Shown piece after piece: positions 11,916 to 21,034 of a DNA stretch of 64,000 nt (within the stretch, counting starts at the first letter, position 1; the number at the start of each line of letters is the position of its first letter). The notes beneath the pieces are model-generated. The model ran no database searches. It saw nothing but the letters and a program-made list of their open reading frames with translations, and was not told the origin of the DNA. This DNA is from an uncultured cyanobacterium (lineage in GTDB: Bacteria; Cyanobacteriota; Cyanobacteriia; Cyanobacteriales; Cyanobacteriaceae). Position numbers and translations under genes: made by a program. The stretch is taken from the NCBI GenBank assembly GCA_963749915.1, contig CAVVOP010000008.1, positions 672,001-736,000 of the forward strand. The letters are read 5' to 3'.

Positions 11916-12938
11916 CTAACCACAATTACACATCGGTTCGTTCTCCTTCTGTTCCAGATAAATAGGCCAATGGAACCAAGCATAATAAGTATCACCACAC
12001 ACTTTTGCCCCCAGATACTGCTTCTCGATGGCCTCATCAGAAGAGACACCAAAACTGGCAGCAACTAAATCCACACAACTGGATAACCCAATTCCCTGTC
12101 CACCCCTAGTATAACCACCCTGAAACAGGTCCTGTAGTCTTTCCCCTAATGCCTCTTGTAACCAGGTCTTTTGTCTGTGTGTTACCTGATTTTCTACCAC
12201 CCAACGAGTAAATAAGTTGTTAATGGGAATCACCTTCAGGCGAACATGGTCTCCGGCAGAAAAACGAATAGCATTGTTGATGTAGTTATACAAAATGCGA
12301 TCAACCGCAGAGCTTTCTAGACAACGATTGGTGATATAACAATCCAAGTCTGTCTCGGCCAAGATATGGACGCACTTGGAACCAATCTCCATGGTCAGTT
12401 GATGCCACTTATCGATAAATTCATGGATGTTGTGTAACTTCAGGCTTTCATCGGCGGCTCGGATGGCCACATCTAAGTCCGGGAGTATATTGCGCATCAT
12501 CTTGGCATGATCACGAGCCAAGAAAACTGCTTTGCGGACTAAGTTATCATCTTCTGGTAACCGAGAAATCAGTTTGGCGTAACCCGTCAATGAGCTTAGG
12601 GCCCCTCCACGAAGATCGTGACAGGCTTTGCGTAATTGTGGTGGTGGATCGTCGAGATTGTAACTGGCAACTCCAATGGCTCTTGCCGCCATAATTAACT
12701 CTGAGCTACAAGTTTGTTGAAGATGAGTACGTAAAAGTTGATAATTGGGACTATCACCCATATACAACCAGAGATCGTAAATGCTTTTTAGGGATTGGTA
12801 AAGTCGGAGCACCAGTGAGACATCCTTGGGGGCCATGTCACTCAAGGAAACACTAAACCCGCTACCATCATAACGCTCTTGGCGATTGATTTTTAAGTCG
12901 GTGCCAGTCAAATTGAGGTAAATTTCTTGGTTGTTCAT
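11916..12938 (-). CDS. Soluble histidine kinase-like ATPase with no evident sensor domain
   Basis: H-box-like CHDLRGGALSSL, N-box RILYNYINNAIRFS, F/G2 box LFQGGYTRGGQGIGLS. Confidence 0.7.
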   Translation of the reverse strand: MNNQEIYLNLTGTDLKINRQERYDGSGFSVSLSDMAPKDVSLVLRLYQSLKSIYDLWLYMGDSPNYQLLRTHLQQTCSSELIMAARAIGVASYNLDDPPPQLRKACHDLRGGALSSLTGYAKLISRLPEDDNLVRKAVFLARDHAKMMRNILPDLDVAIRAADESLKLHNIHEFIDKWHQLTMEIGSKCVHILAETDLDCYITNRCLESSAVDRILYNYINNAIRFSAGDHVRLKVIPINNLFTRWVVENQVTHRQKTWLQEALGERLQDLFQGGYTRGGQGIGLSSCVDLVAASFGVSSDEAIEKQYLGAKVCGDTYYAWFHWPIYLEQKENEPMCNCG

Positions 12939-13079
12939 GGAGTTACTTACTTACTTTACTACAGTTTATGACCCTTGTTTTGCGGGGAAAATCTTCTTTT
13001 TTTGAATTTTGAATTTTGAATTTCCCCGTCAAGGACTTATTACTATCAAGAAACACAATTATTTAGGGTGACTGAGCTA

Positions 13080-14954
13080 CTAGTAAGGCAGTTGAGATAT
13101 TTGTTGGCAACAAATGTCACTGAAACTTAGACCATCGCTTAAGTATAATTTTTCTTCAGATTCCTGGGTTTTCACTAAAATTTCATTGTCTTGCCTAATA
13201 AGGAGGATGCCTTTGGGCAAAAGATCTCTAGCTAAAATCTTCTCTATTTCAGTCGGATTATCTAAAATAATTAGGTCACTACCTTGGTAAAAAGTACCTT
13301 GTGAGGCAAAAATTTCTTCTGAATATTCTGCGATTAAACAATCAAGTCCGGGATGACGAAGCAACATTTCTATATTCAAATTGTAATTTGAACGTAAAGT
13401 TTGCTGAGTGTGATTTAACCACATTCCCCCCTGACAAACACCGCCAATTAACCACTGGGGATGGGAAGATAAGATGGTGTTGATATACTGAGAAAGCGAC
13501 TCTTGTTCAAGACGATTGCAAGTGATAATCGGAATACGACTTTCTTGGCTAGAAGGGAAAAAATGCTTTATAATTCGACTTGGGACATCAACACTCTCGC
13601 CGATAGCTGGGTGCAAATGCATAAAAACGCCGGGGGCAGCATTAATTTCCAACACGGCAAGCCCACTTTCATGCCAAGATTGAGAAATATTTTCGGTGAT
13701 GACATCAACTCCTAGACAAACAAGACGAAAATATTGGGCGATATAAGTTGCTAGTTTTTGATTATCAGGATGAACTTTGTCCGTTACGTCAATGCTAACA
13801 CCACCACCAGAAATATTGGCAACTTGACTTAAATATACTGTTTGATCCAGTTTAGGAGTGCTGTTGAAAGATAACTTCTGTTGGGCGAGATAATTATCCA
13901 TCCTTGCATCAGGACGAATTTTAGTCAGGGTAGAAGTGGGGGTGTCTTGACGAGCAACAGTGGCATTTTCTTGCTCAATTAATTCAGCGATCGTCAACTT
14001 GCCATCACCAACGACAAATGGTGGACGACGTTCCAAACCGGCGACAAATTTCCCTCCCACACAAAGAAGACGAAAATCGGCACCGGCGATATTTTTTTCG
14101 ACAATAATAGGTATTCTGTAATGATTTGTGTCCGGATTGATTTGACGAAATGCTAAACGTAAGTCATCCTCTTCCTGGATATTAGCCGTTACACCAATTC
14201 CTTTGTGCCCACTTACCGGTTTGACAGCTACAGGATAACCAATTGTTTCTGCCACAGCTAAAGCCTTTTTTTCCGAGTAAACTACTTCCCCCTGGGGTAT
14301 GGGAAAACCACAATTAGCCAAAAAGTCTTTGCAATCATCTTTTTGGGTGGTGAAGTCTGAATCTAAATGACTATCGACATCAAAAGTAGTGCCCATTCCT
14401 CTAATTTGCAATTTTCCATAACCATATTGGATTAATCTTTCTTCGGTTAGATAAAAGAAGGGAATTTTTTGTAAATGAGCTGCTTTTAAGATAGCGTAGC
14501 TGGTGGGTCCACCATAAGGAGAGCTGGAAAAGATATCTTGTAGCTGATTCAGACGTCGATGGAATTTAAAGTGCTGATCATTAGCAATGGCGTCAAACCA
14601 ATCCTTAACTAAATAGATAGCTTCTTGTAATGTTTGATGGTGAAGAGACTCTATCGCAATAGAGCAACCTTTATCCTTGCTGGTTAAACTAAATTGGTGA
14701 AGGTGTAGTCCCATGTCTAGTCGACTTACGAAAGAAACTGTTTGAGCAAACAAATCTCCATAGGAGGAAAATTGTAATGAAGTTAACCCAGAAAGATATT
14801 TGCCAATTTCTTGTTGGTAATTTTCCAAGCTCAAAGATGCGACATTTTCCCCGGCAACGAAATCAAATGCGATCGCTTTACAATTGAGATAAGGATTTGG
14901 TCCGGCATAATATCTGAAATTGGAAAGATCTAAATACGAAGATTGATGATTCAC
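13080..14954 (-). CDS. cphA2: Cyanophycin synthetase 2-like (short, ATP-grasp only)
   Basis: 624 aa. YYAGPNPYL N-domain, YGGPTS, QYGYGK, AVKPVSGHKGIGVTAN, LEINAAPG. Lacks an intact Mur-ligase P-loop. Confidence 0.8.
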   Translation of the reverse strand: MNHQSSYLDLSNFRYYAGPNPYLNCKAIAFDFVAGENVASLSLENYQQEIGKYLSGLTSLQFSSYGDLFAQTVSFVSRLDMGLHLHQFSLTSKDKGCSIAIESLHHQTLQEAIYLVKDWFDAIANDQHFKFHRRLNQLQDIFSSSPYGGPTSYAILKAAHLQKIPFFYLTEERLIQYGYGKLQIRGMGTTFDVDSHLDSDFTTQKDDCKDFLANCGFPIPQGEVVYSEKKALAVAETIGYPVAVKPVSGHKGIGVTANIQEEDDLRLAFRQINPDTNHYRIPIIVEKNIAGADFRLLCVGGKFVAGLERRPPFVVGDGKLTIAELIEQENATVARQDTPTSTLTKIRPDARMDNYLAQQKLSFNSTPKLDQTVYLSQVANISGGGVSIDVTDKVHPDNQKLATYIAQYFRLVCLGVDVITENISQSWHESGLAVLEINAAPGVFMHLHPAIGESVDVPSRIIKHFFPSSQESRIPIITCNRLEQESLSQYINTILSSHPQWLIGGVCQGGMWLNHTQQTLRSNYNLNIEMLLRHPGLDCLIAEYSEEIFASQGTFYQGSDLIILDNPTEIEKILARDLLPKGILLIRQDNEILVKTQESEEKLYLSDGLSFSDICCQQISQLPY

Positions 14955-15445
14955 GGGGTTAATCGATAAAATCTCGAATATTCTTTTGATTAATTATTAC
15001 TATTATAATGGTTCTGTTGCCAAAAATTTATGTTTTCATCGAGCTGACGTTGATTAAGTTATTTGTATTTCTTCTTAAAAGAACCGCATCGATGTCCAGC
15101 AATTCTCATTTTGGAAAAATATTAACTATAACCTCAAGTATCTCACCATCAAAATTAATTGAATTTCTCAAACTAGAATTAATGGAAAAAGCAAACAAGA
15201 TTGTGAAAATGTAGCCAGAAAAAGATAGCTGTTAAGAAATCCAAATAATCAGGAAAAAAATCAAAATTTTTTGTTCCGGAGTACTCTCTCAGTTTTGCCA
15301 TATTTGTGAACTTGATGATGGCCGCAGAGAAAACATTTCATAGACAGGATAAGAATGTTATTGTCCCATGGTACTCCCCTCATCCCTCAGTTTTTCCTGT
15401 TACCACCCTAGAGAGTTTGCTATAATCTTTACAACTTAATTCTTA

Positions 15446-18334
15446 ATGAGATTAATAATGGAATCACTAGAGATTAGTCCTAATTTTAGTTTTCTTAAGG
15501 TTGTCGATCTAGCAGAATTAGCTACTCTTGCTGAAAAATATTACAAATCAGATCCCAATATCTCTTTATTTAAGTGTCGTCAGTTCGTAGAAGTTTGTGC
15601 TAAATATGTTTCGGCTCAAATCGGCATTTATGAAGAAGTTAAAAATGAAAAACTAATCTACATTATCAATCAACTTCGCAAGAAAAAAGCCATTCAAGAT
15701 CGTATCTATTACTTATTGAACGATGCGAGAAATCTAGCTAATTCAGAAGTTTATTTAGATGCTCAACACTCTACCACTACTAACCCCGAAAAGAACAATA
15801 AGATTAACTCCAATATAGCTTTAAAATGTGTAAAAAAAATACATAAATTAGCAATTTGGTACCACAAAGCATTTTGTTCAGATAAAAATAAACCTTTTAA
15901 AGAACCTGAATATATTATCCCAATAGGTCTAGAAGATAAAATCAGAGAATTAGAAGCACGATTAATAAGTCAAAATGAACCTAAATTAATCAAAGAAATT
16001 GAAGAAGAAATTGAATATGTACAATTAAAAAAAGAAGAAGAAGAAAAAATCATGGCTCAATCTAACCATGATCTTGACGATCATCTTCAATCTAGTGATT
16101 TAGATGAAGAATTAACTCGTATCTTCCAAGAAACAACATTAAAACCCGAAGTTATAAAATCTAATTTAAGTAATGCAGCAAAAGCTGAAAATGACACGAT
16201 TTTAGGGGATGACAACATTATCCGAACTACTGAAATTAATAAATTAGCACAGGGATTAATTCTGAGACATCGTTACAAAATTATAGAAGAATTAAGTTCA
16301 GGAAGTTTTGGCACAACCTATATTGCCCATGACTTAGATAAACCCAACAAACCATTATGCGTAGTTAAACAATTTACTCCTAAACAATCTGATAGTGGCA
16401 CGTTTAGTAAAGCTCGATGTTTATTCAATCAAGAAGCTGAAATCTTACAAAAATTAGGGACTCATACTGAAGTCCCCTGTTTATTGGCTTTCTTTGAAGA
16501 TAATCATAATCTATTTTTAGTACAAGAGTATATTGAGGGATATATATTAAGAGAAGAATTAACTATACAATCGGGAGAAAAACAAGTGATTCAATTGTTA
16601 AAAGATATACTTAAACCATTGTCTTATGTACATCAAACTGAGATAGTTCACCGTGATATTAAACCCGAAAATTTGATTCGCCGTGCCATCGATGACAAGA
16701 TAGTGATTATTGATTTTGGAGCTGTTAAGCAAATATTAAAACAAAAGAATACAAAAGGTACTGTTATTGGTACAAAGGCTTATATGTCTCCAGAACAGTT
16801 CAAAGGACAGATTACTTATAGTTGTGATGTCTATGCAGTGGGAATAATAGCCATAGAAGCATTAACAGGCAGAAGAATGCCAGAAAATATTTATCCAAAA
16901 CAGTACTTAGCATCAATAAATTTTATCAGTGATGGATTCAAAGAAATATTATTGAATATGACGGCAATTAATTATGAAGACCGTTATAGTTCTGCTCAAG
17001 AAGTATTAAGAGCGATCGAGGAATGGGAGGAAAAAGAAAATGAAACACCGACAAAAATTTCCCAACCACTAACATCACAAGATAATTCAAATTTAATCAC
17101 AATTCCTGAACCTCGAGGAAGTATATCGGAACAACCATTACAATCTCCAGTATCAGGAGAAAAAACACCAAAAACCTTAATAGAGCAAATTAGATCAATA
17201 CCTTTAGCCTTCAAATTAGGGGGGGGGATTGTCGCTTTATTACTGTTAGGATTATTCATCAAATCAATTCCCTATTTAACTAAAACCAAACTTGCTCAAA
17301 CAGAATTAACCATCGGTACTCTCTGGACACCAGAATCATTGCAGGGATTAACTGAACATATTGAAGAAAACTCAGTACCCGCTAACTATTTTGATTTTCT
17401 CTCCGGCAAAAAAATAAAAGTATTAACTAATGGTAATAAGAGTATTCCCTATGGTGAAGCCCAAAAAAGAATAGAAGTTAAACAGTGGGATATTGCCTTC
17501 GCTAATTCTCCCATGCTTTCTATCTTTGCTAAAGAGCAAGGTTATACTCATATTGCTGGAATGTTTCCCAAAACTCCTAATTATCAAGCTGGTTTATTTG
17601 TCAAAAATAATAGTTCGATTCAATCATTAAATGATATTAAAACCTCAACTAGAGTGGCATTAGGAGGATTTTATTCGGCTTCTAGTTTCTATATGCCTGT
17701 TTATGATCTTTACGGTAAAACCATTACTGCTGATACGGGTAATAGAGGACAGGCCATCATTGAATTAGTTAGAGACGGTAAGACAGATGTCGGGGCTGCG
17801 GCAATTGGGGACTCCATTCGTAAAGATGATCCAGATTTTAGAATTATTCATGTTTCAAGGAATATACCTAGTTCTGGTGTTTATGCTTCTCCTGATTTAT
17901 CCGAATCTGACCAACAAAACATCAAAAAGTTAATGTTAACTGCTTCGGATGAAGTCCAAAAAAAAGCTAACTATGGAGATAGAGCTGAAGCTGATTTTAC
18001 TGAATTTAAGAAAATAGTTGAAAGAGTTGGAGAAATCTTAATCTGTACTGATTTTAATAAAAATCCTGTTACTTTAGCTTGTACTGGCAATATTGAGACT
18101 TTAGAAGGCAAAATCAATGGTGCCTCCATCGAAGGAAATAATGCCATTCTTAAACTATCCGCTAATAATCAAATCTATAATCTTTCTCTCTCTTTAAAAA
18201 TTACTCAAGAGTTATTTGATAGTGATAAATTGACTGATATACAAGGAAAATCAGTGATAGTCAAAACTAATCAAATTAATGGTAATAACGTCAAAATCAA
18301 TCAAACAAATCAACTTAAAGTGAAAAATAATTAA
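15446..18334 (+). CDS. Ser/Thr protein kinase with N-terminal DUF4145/HsdR-N-like domain, TM helix and PhnD-like substrate-binding domain
   Basis: Kinase motifs LSSGSFGTTY, VVKQF, HRDIKPEN, DFG, YMSPEQ. TM GGGIVALLLLGLFI. C-terminal periplasmic-binding fold (SASSFYMP, DVGAAA). Confidence 0.85.
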   Translation: MRLIMESLEISPNFSFLKVVDLAELATLAEKYYKSDPNISLFKCRQFVEVCAKYVSAQIGIYEEVKNEKLIYIINQLRKKKAIQDRIYYLLNDARNLANSEVYLDAQHSTTTNPEKNNKINSNIALKCVKKIHKLAIWYHKAFCSDKNKPFKEPEYIIPIGLEDKIRELEARLISQNEPKLIKEIEEEIEYVQLKKEEEEKIMAQSNHDLDDHLQSSDLDEELTRIFQETTLKPEVIKSNLSNAAKAENDTILGDDNIIRTTEINKLAQGLILRHRYKIIEELSSGSFGTTYIAHDLDKPNKPLCVVKQFTPKQSDSGTFSKARCLFNQEAEILQKLGTHTEVPCLLAFFEDNHNLFLVQEYIEGYILREELTIQSGEKQVIQLLKDILKPLSYVHQTEIVHRDIKPENLIRRAIDDKIVIIDFGAVKQILKQKNTKGTVIGTKAYMSPEQFKGQITYSCDVYAVGIIAIEALTGRRMPENIYPKQYLASINFISDGFKEILLNMTAINYEDRYSSAQEVLRAIEEWEEKENETPTKISQPLTSQDNSNLITIPEPRGSISEQPLQSPVSGEKTPKTLIEQIRSIPLAFKLGGGIVALLLLGLFIKSIPYLTKTKLAQTELTIGTLWTPESLQGLTEHIEENSVPANYFDFLSGKKIKVLTNGNKSIPYGEAQKRIEVKQWDIAFANSPMLSIFAKEQGYTHIAGMFPKTPNYQAGLFVKNNSSIQSLNDIKTSTRVALGGFYSASSFYMPVYDLYGKTITADTGNRGQAIIELVRDGKTDVGAAAIGDSIRKDDPDFRIIHVSRNIPSSGVYASPDLSESDQQNIKKLMLTASDEVQKKANYGDRAEADFTEFKKIVERVGEILICTDFNKNPVTLACTGNIETLEGKINGASIEGNNAILKLSANNQIYNLSLSLKITQELFDSDKLTDIQGKSVIVKTNQINGNNVKINQTNQLKVKNN

Positions 18335-18421
18335 TTTAGCTATTTCCCCTGACGAAAAATGGATTTCTTTACTTATTGCTTATCGATCGAAATCATGCTA
18401 GCATTGCGGGGTTTAACCTCA

Positions 18422-18515
18422 GGTCTGTCAAGATGGTTTTGAGGGACTGGGAACGGATAATTTTGGATTTTGGAGGATTGTTTTATCCCTCATTTCAAAA
18501 TTGGCAGACCACTAG
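18422..18515. mobile_element. MITE-like dispersed repeat, related in reverse orientation to 43624-43729
   Basis: GGTCTGTCAAGAT...GAGGGACTGGGAACGGATAATTTTGGATTTT...CCCTCATTTCAAAATTG...AGACCACTAG aligns with the reverse complement of 43624-43729. Confidence 0.85.
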
Positions 18516-18572
18516 ATGTTTTAGTCCTATTGAACAGTTAACTAAGAGAAAGTAACAGCAAGACCTAGAGAC

Positions 18573-19679
18573 ATGAATAAACTTATATATTCAATTACCC
18601 CAGTTGGTCTGGGTTATGCATCAATAATCTTTGTCGGCTTTGTGACTGTGATGTTTTTGGCTACAATCTTCTTGCCAGGGAAACAATATACAGGCTGTTT
18701 ACAACCAGACGGTAATCGCAAAACTTACAAACTTAATGGATTGCTGGTATTTATAGCAACTACCCTCATTGTAGCAGTACTCACCTTCAGATTCCACCTG
18801 ACACTCGCACCCCTAATTACCTATTTCTGGTCTTTGTTCATTGTTGCTAACCTATTTGCTTTTCTTTGGACTGGCATTTTATATGTAAAGACGCAAAGAA
18901 AACAGGCTGTTAGTAATCAACCACAACCGTTGGCTAAAATCTTTAGTAATTTATGGTTTGGCATGGAACTCAACCCAACTTGGCTGGGGGTTGATTTAAA
19001 AATGTTCGCCTACCAACCCTCTCTCATTAGTTTAGGACTAATAAATGCAGCATTTGCCTACGTGCAATCTGAAAAGTACGGGGAAATTACTCCACAAATG
19101 TTGATGTTCCAGGGGTTTTGGTGGCTGTACCTTGCCACTCACTATTACTATGAAGAATTCATGCTTTCGACCTGGGACATTATTGCTGAGAAATTGGGGT
19201 TCATGTTGATCTGGGGGGACTTAGTTTTGGTTCCTTTCTTTTACAGTATCATCGGCTGGTATTTAGTGGATGTAATTGAACCAATCCCAGTAGCTGGAGT
19301 AATTGCTATTAGCTTGCTTTACCTCGTGGGATTAACGATATTTCGGGGTGCTAATGCCCAAAAGCATCGCTTCAAGAAAAATTTTCAGGCAAGGATTTGG
19401 GGTCAGCCAGCTCAAACTTTAGAAGGAAAGCTTTTGGTGTCTGGTTGGTGGGGTATTGGTCGCAAGCTTAACTATACAGGTGAAATTTGTGTCTATTTTG
19501 CACTAGCATTAACCACCGGGTTTAACTCAATTATCCCCTACCTGCTACCTCTGTGGTTGTGCGTCCTCTTATCTCATAGGGCATGGCGTGACGAACAGCG
19601 TTGCCAAGCAAAGTATGGTAATCTTTGGAAGATTTACTGCACTAAAGTCCGATTTCGGATGCTACCCTTTGTTTATTAA
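18573..19679 (+). CDS. ERG4/ERG24-family sterol reductase (C14-reductase-like)
   Basis: Multi-TM protein with GMELNP, DLKMF, STWDIIAEKLGFMLIWGDL, LLVSGWWGIGRKLNYTGE and HRAWRDEQRCQAKYG. Confidence 0.9.
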   Translation: MNKLIYSITPVGLGYASIIFVGFVTVMFLATIFLPGKQYTGCLQPDGNRKTYKLNGLLVFIATTLIVAVLTFRFHLTLAPLITYFWSLFIVANLFAFLWTGILYVKTQRKQAVSNQPQPLAKIFSNLWFGMELNPTWLGVDLKMFAYQPSLISLGLINAAFAYVQSEKYGEITPQMLMFQGFWWLYLATHYYYEEFMLSTWDIIAEKLGFMLIWGDLVLVPFFYSIIGWYLVDVIEPIPVAGVIAISLLYLVGLTIFRGANAQKHRFKKNFQARIWGQPAQTLEGKLLVSGWWGIGRKLNYTGEICVYFALALTTGFNSIIPYLLPLWLCVLLSHRAWRDEQRCQAKYGNLWKIYCTKVRFRMLPFVY

Positions 19680-19708
19680 ACTTAAATTTTTGAAGATTAA
19701 TTTTAAAA

Positions 19709-21034
19709 ATGGTGAGAACACTTTCCCCTGATATAGTCGTGATTGGTGCAGGTCCAGTCGGTTGCGTGACTGCCATAGCTTGGGCTCATAGTGGGGCAAA
19801 AGTCATGTTGTTGGAGGCGCAAGCCCAAAAGAAAAAACGGCTGGCAGGAGAATGGTTGCACCCCCCTGGCGTGCAAGTCTTAGAGCGTTTGGGTCTTTTA
19901 ATGGCTTTTGAGCCAGTTAATTATGCGACAGGTCTTGGTTTTGTTGTCTTTACTGATGATGGTAGTGAGCCAATTCCACTTCATTACCCTAATCATGCAA
20001 TGGGGATTAGTTGTGAACATAATCACATCGTTTCTACACTGCAGAAAGCGGCCGCTGATTGTGAGGGGGTAAATTATATCCCTAGTGCTCGGGTGACGAA
20101 GATTCAGGGGGGGCAGTTAACCTTTAAAGACCTCAAAGGAGGAGAAAATTTTACTATCTCCAGCAAACTCATTGTGGGAGCAGATGGTCGTTCCTCAGCA
20201 GCTCGCAAAGCTCTGGGTATTCCCCATAAAGTCCAACCGGTTTCCTATATGGCGGGGGTGCTACTGGAAAATGTTGAGTTACCCTTTGAAGGCTTTGGTC
20301 ATTTGTTTTTAGGGGGACCAGGACCTATCACTGCATATCGCGTTAGTCACAATCAAGTCCGTATTTGCCTCGATGTGCCACTGGATTTTTCTAAAAAATC
20401 TGTTGATTTGTGGGATGTCTATAGTCCTATTCTACCGTCGGAATTGCTGGAGGCATTTCGCCAGACCTTAGAAAAAGGGGAAGTCTTGTGGGTGGCAAAC
20501 CAGTATAGTCCTCGCATTCACTACGGTTGTCAGAGTTTGGCACTGGTAGGCGATGCAACTGGATACTTCCATCCGATGACGGCAACAGGCATGACCATCG
20601 GTTTTATGGATGCAGAGTGTCTTTTGCACAGTAACAGTTTTAACAAGTACCAGAGTCAACGTAGTTGGGGAACCTATGTGCCAGAAATGCTCGCGACTAC
20701 TCTTTATGAGGTGTTTTGCCATGATGATGACAGTGCTGTAGCCATCCGCAGGGCCGTATATAAAATGTGGCGACAAGACCCAAAAGAATGCGTTCGCACC
20801 ATGCATTTACTATCCGGCGCTCAAACAAATCTCTGGCATTTTATCAGCTCATTTCTCAAAGCATTGGTGCTGGCTGTCGAATCAGTAATCCAGAAATATG
20901 GTTCTCAGAGGCAATGGCGACAGTTGATCCCAGCTTTGGGGGCTTTTGGTAAGTGGCTGCGATGGCCCATTGTTATTGCCTGGTCCCGTCTTCCCATCAT
21001 TAACATTTTTCTAAATCATGAACCAAGACATTGA
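19709..21034 (+). CDS. Squalene epoxidase (squalene monooxygenase)
   Basis: FAD GAGPVG, RLAGEWLHPPG (cf. RIVGELLQPGG), VGADG, GDATGYFHPMTATGMT (cf. GDAxNMRHPLTGGGMT). Adjacent to an OSC gene. Confidence 0.88.
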   Translation: MVRTLSPDIVVIGAGPVGCVTAIAWAHSGAKVMLLEAQAQKKKRLAGEWLHPPGVQVLERLGLLMAFEPVNYATGLGFVVFTDDGSEPIPLHYPNHAMGISCEHNHIVSTLQKAAADCEGVNYIPSARVTKIQGGQLTFKDLKGGENFTISSKLIVGADGRSSAARKALGIPHKVQPVSYMAGVLLENVELPFEGFGHLFLGGPGPITAYRVSHNQVRICLDVPLDFSKKSVDLWDVYSPILPSELLEAFRQTLEKGEVLWVANQYSPRIHYGCQSLALVGDATGYFHPMTATGMTIGFMDAECLLHSNSFNKYQSQRSWGTYVPEMLATTLYEVFCHDDDSAVAIRRAVYKMWRQDPKECVRTMHLLSGAQTNLWHFISSFLKALVLAVESVIQKYGSQRQWRQLIPALGAFGKWLRWPIVIAWSRLPIINIFLNHEPRH

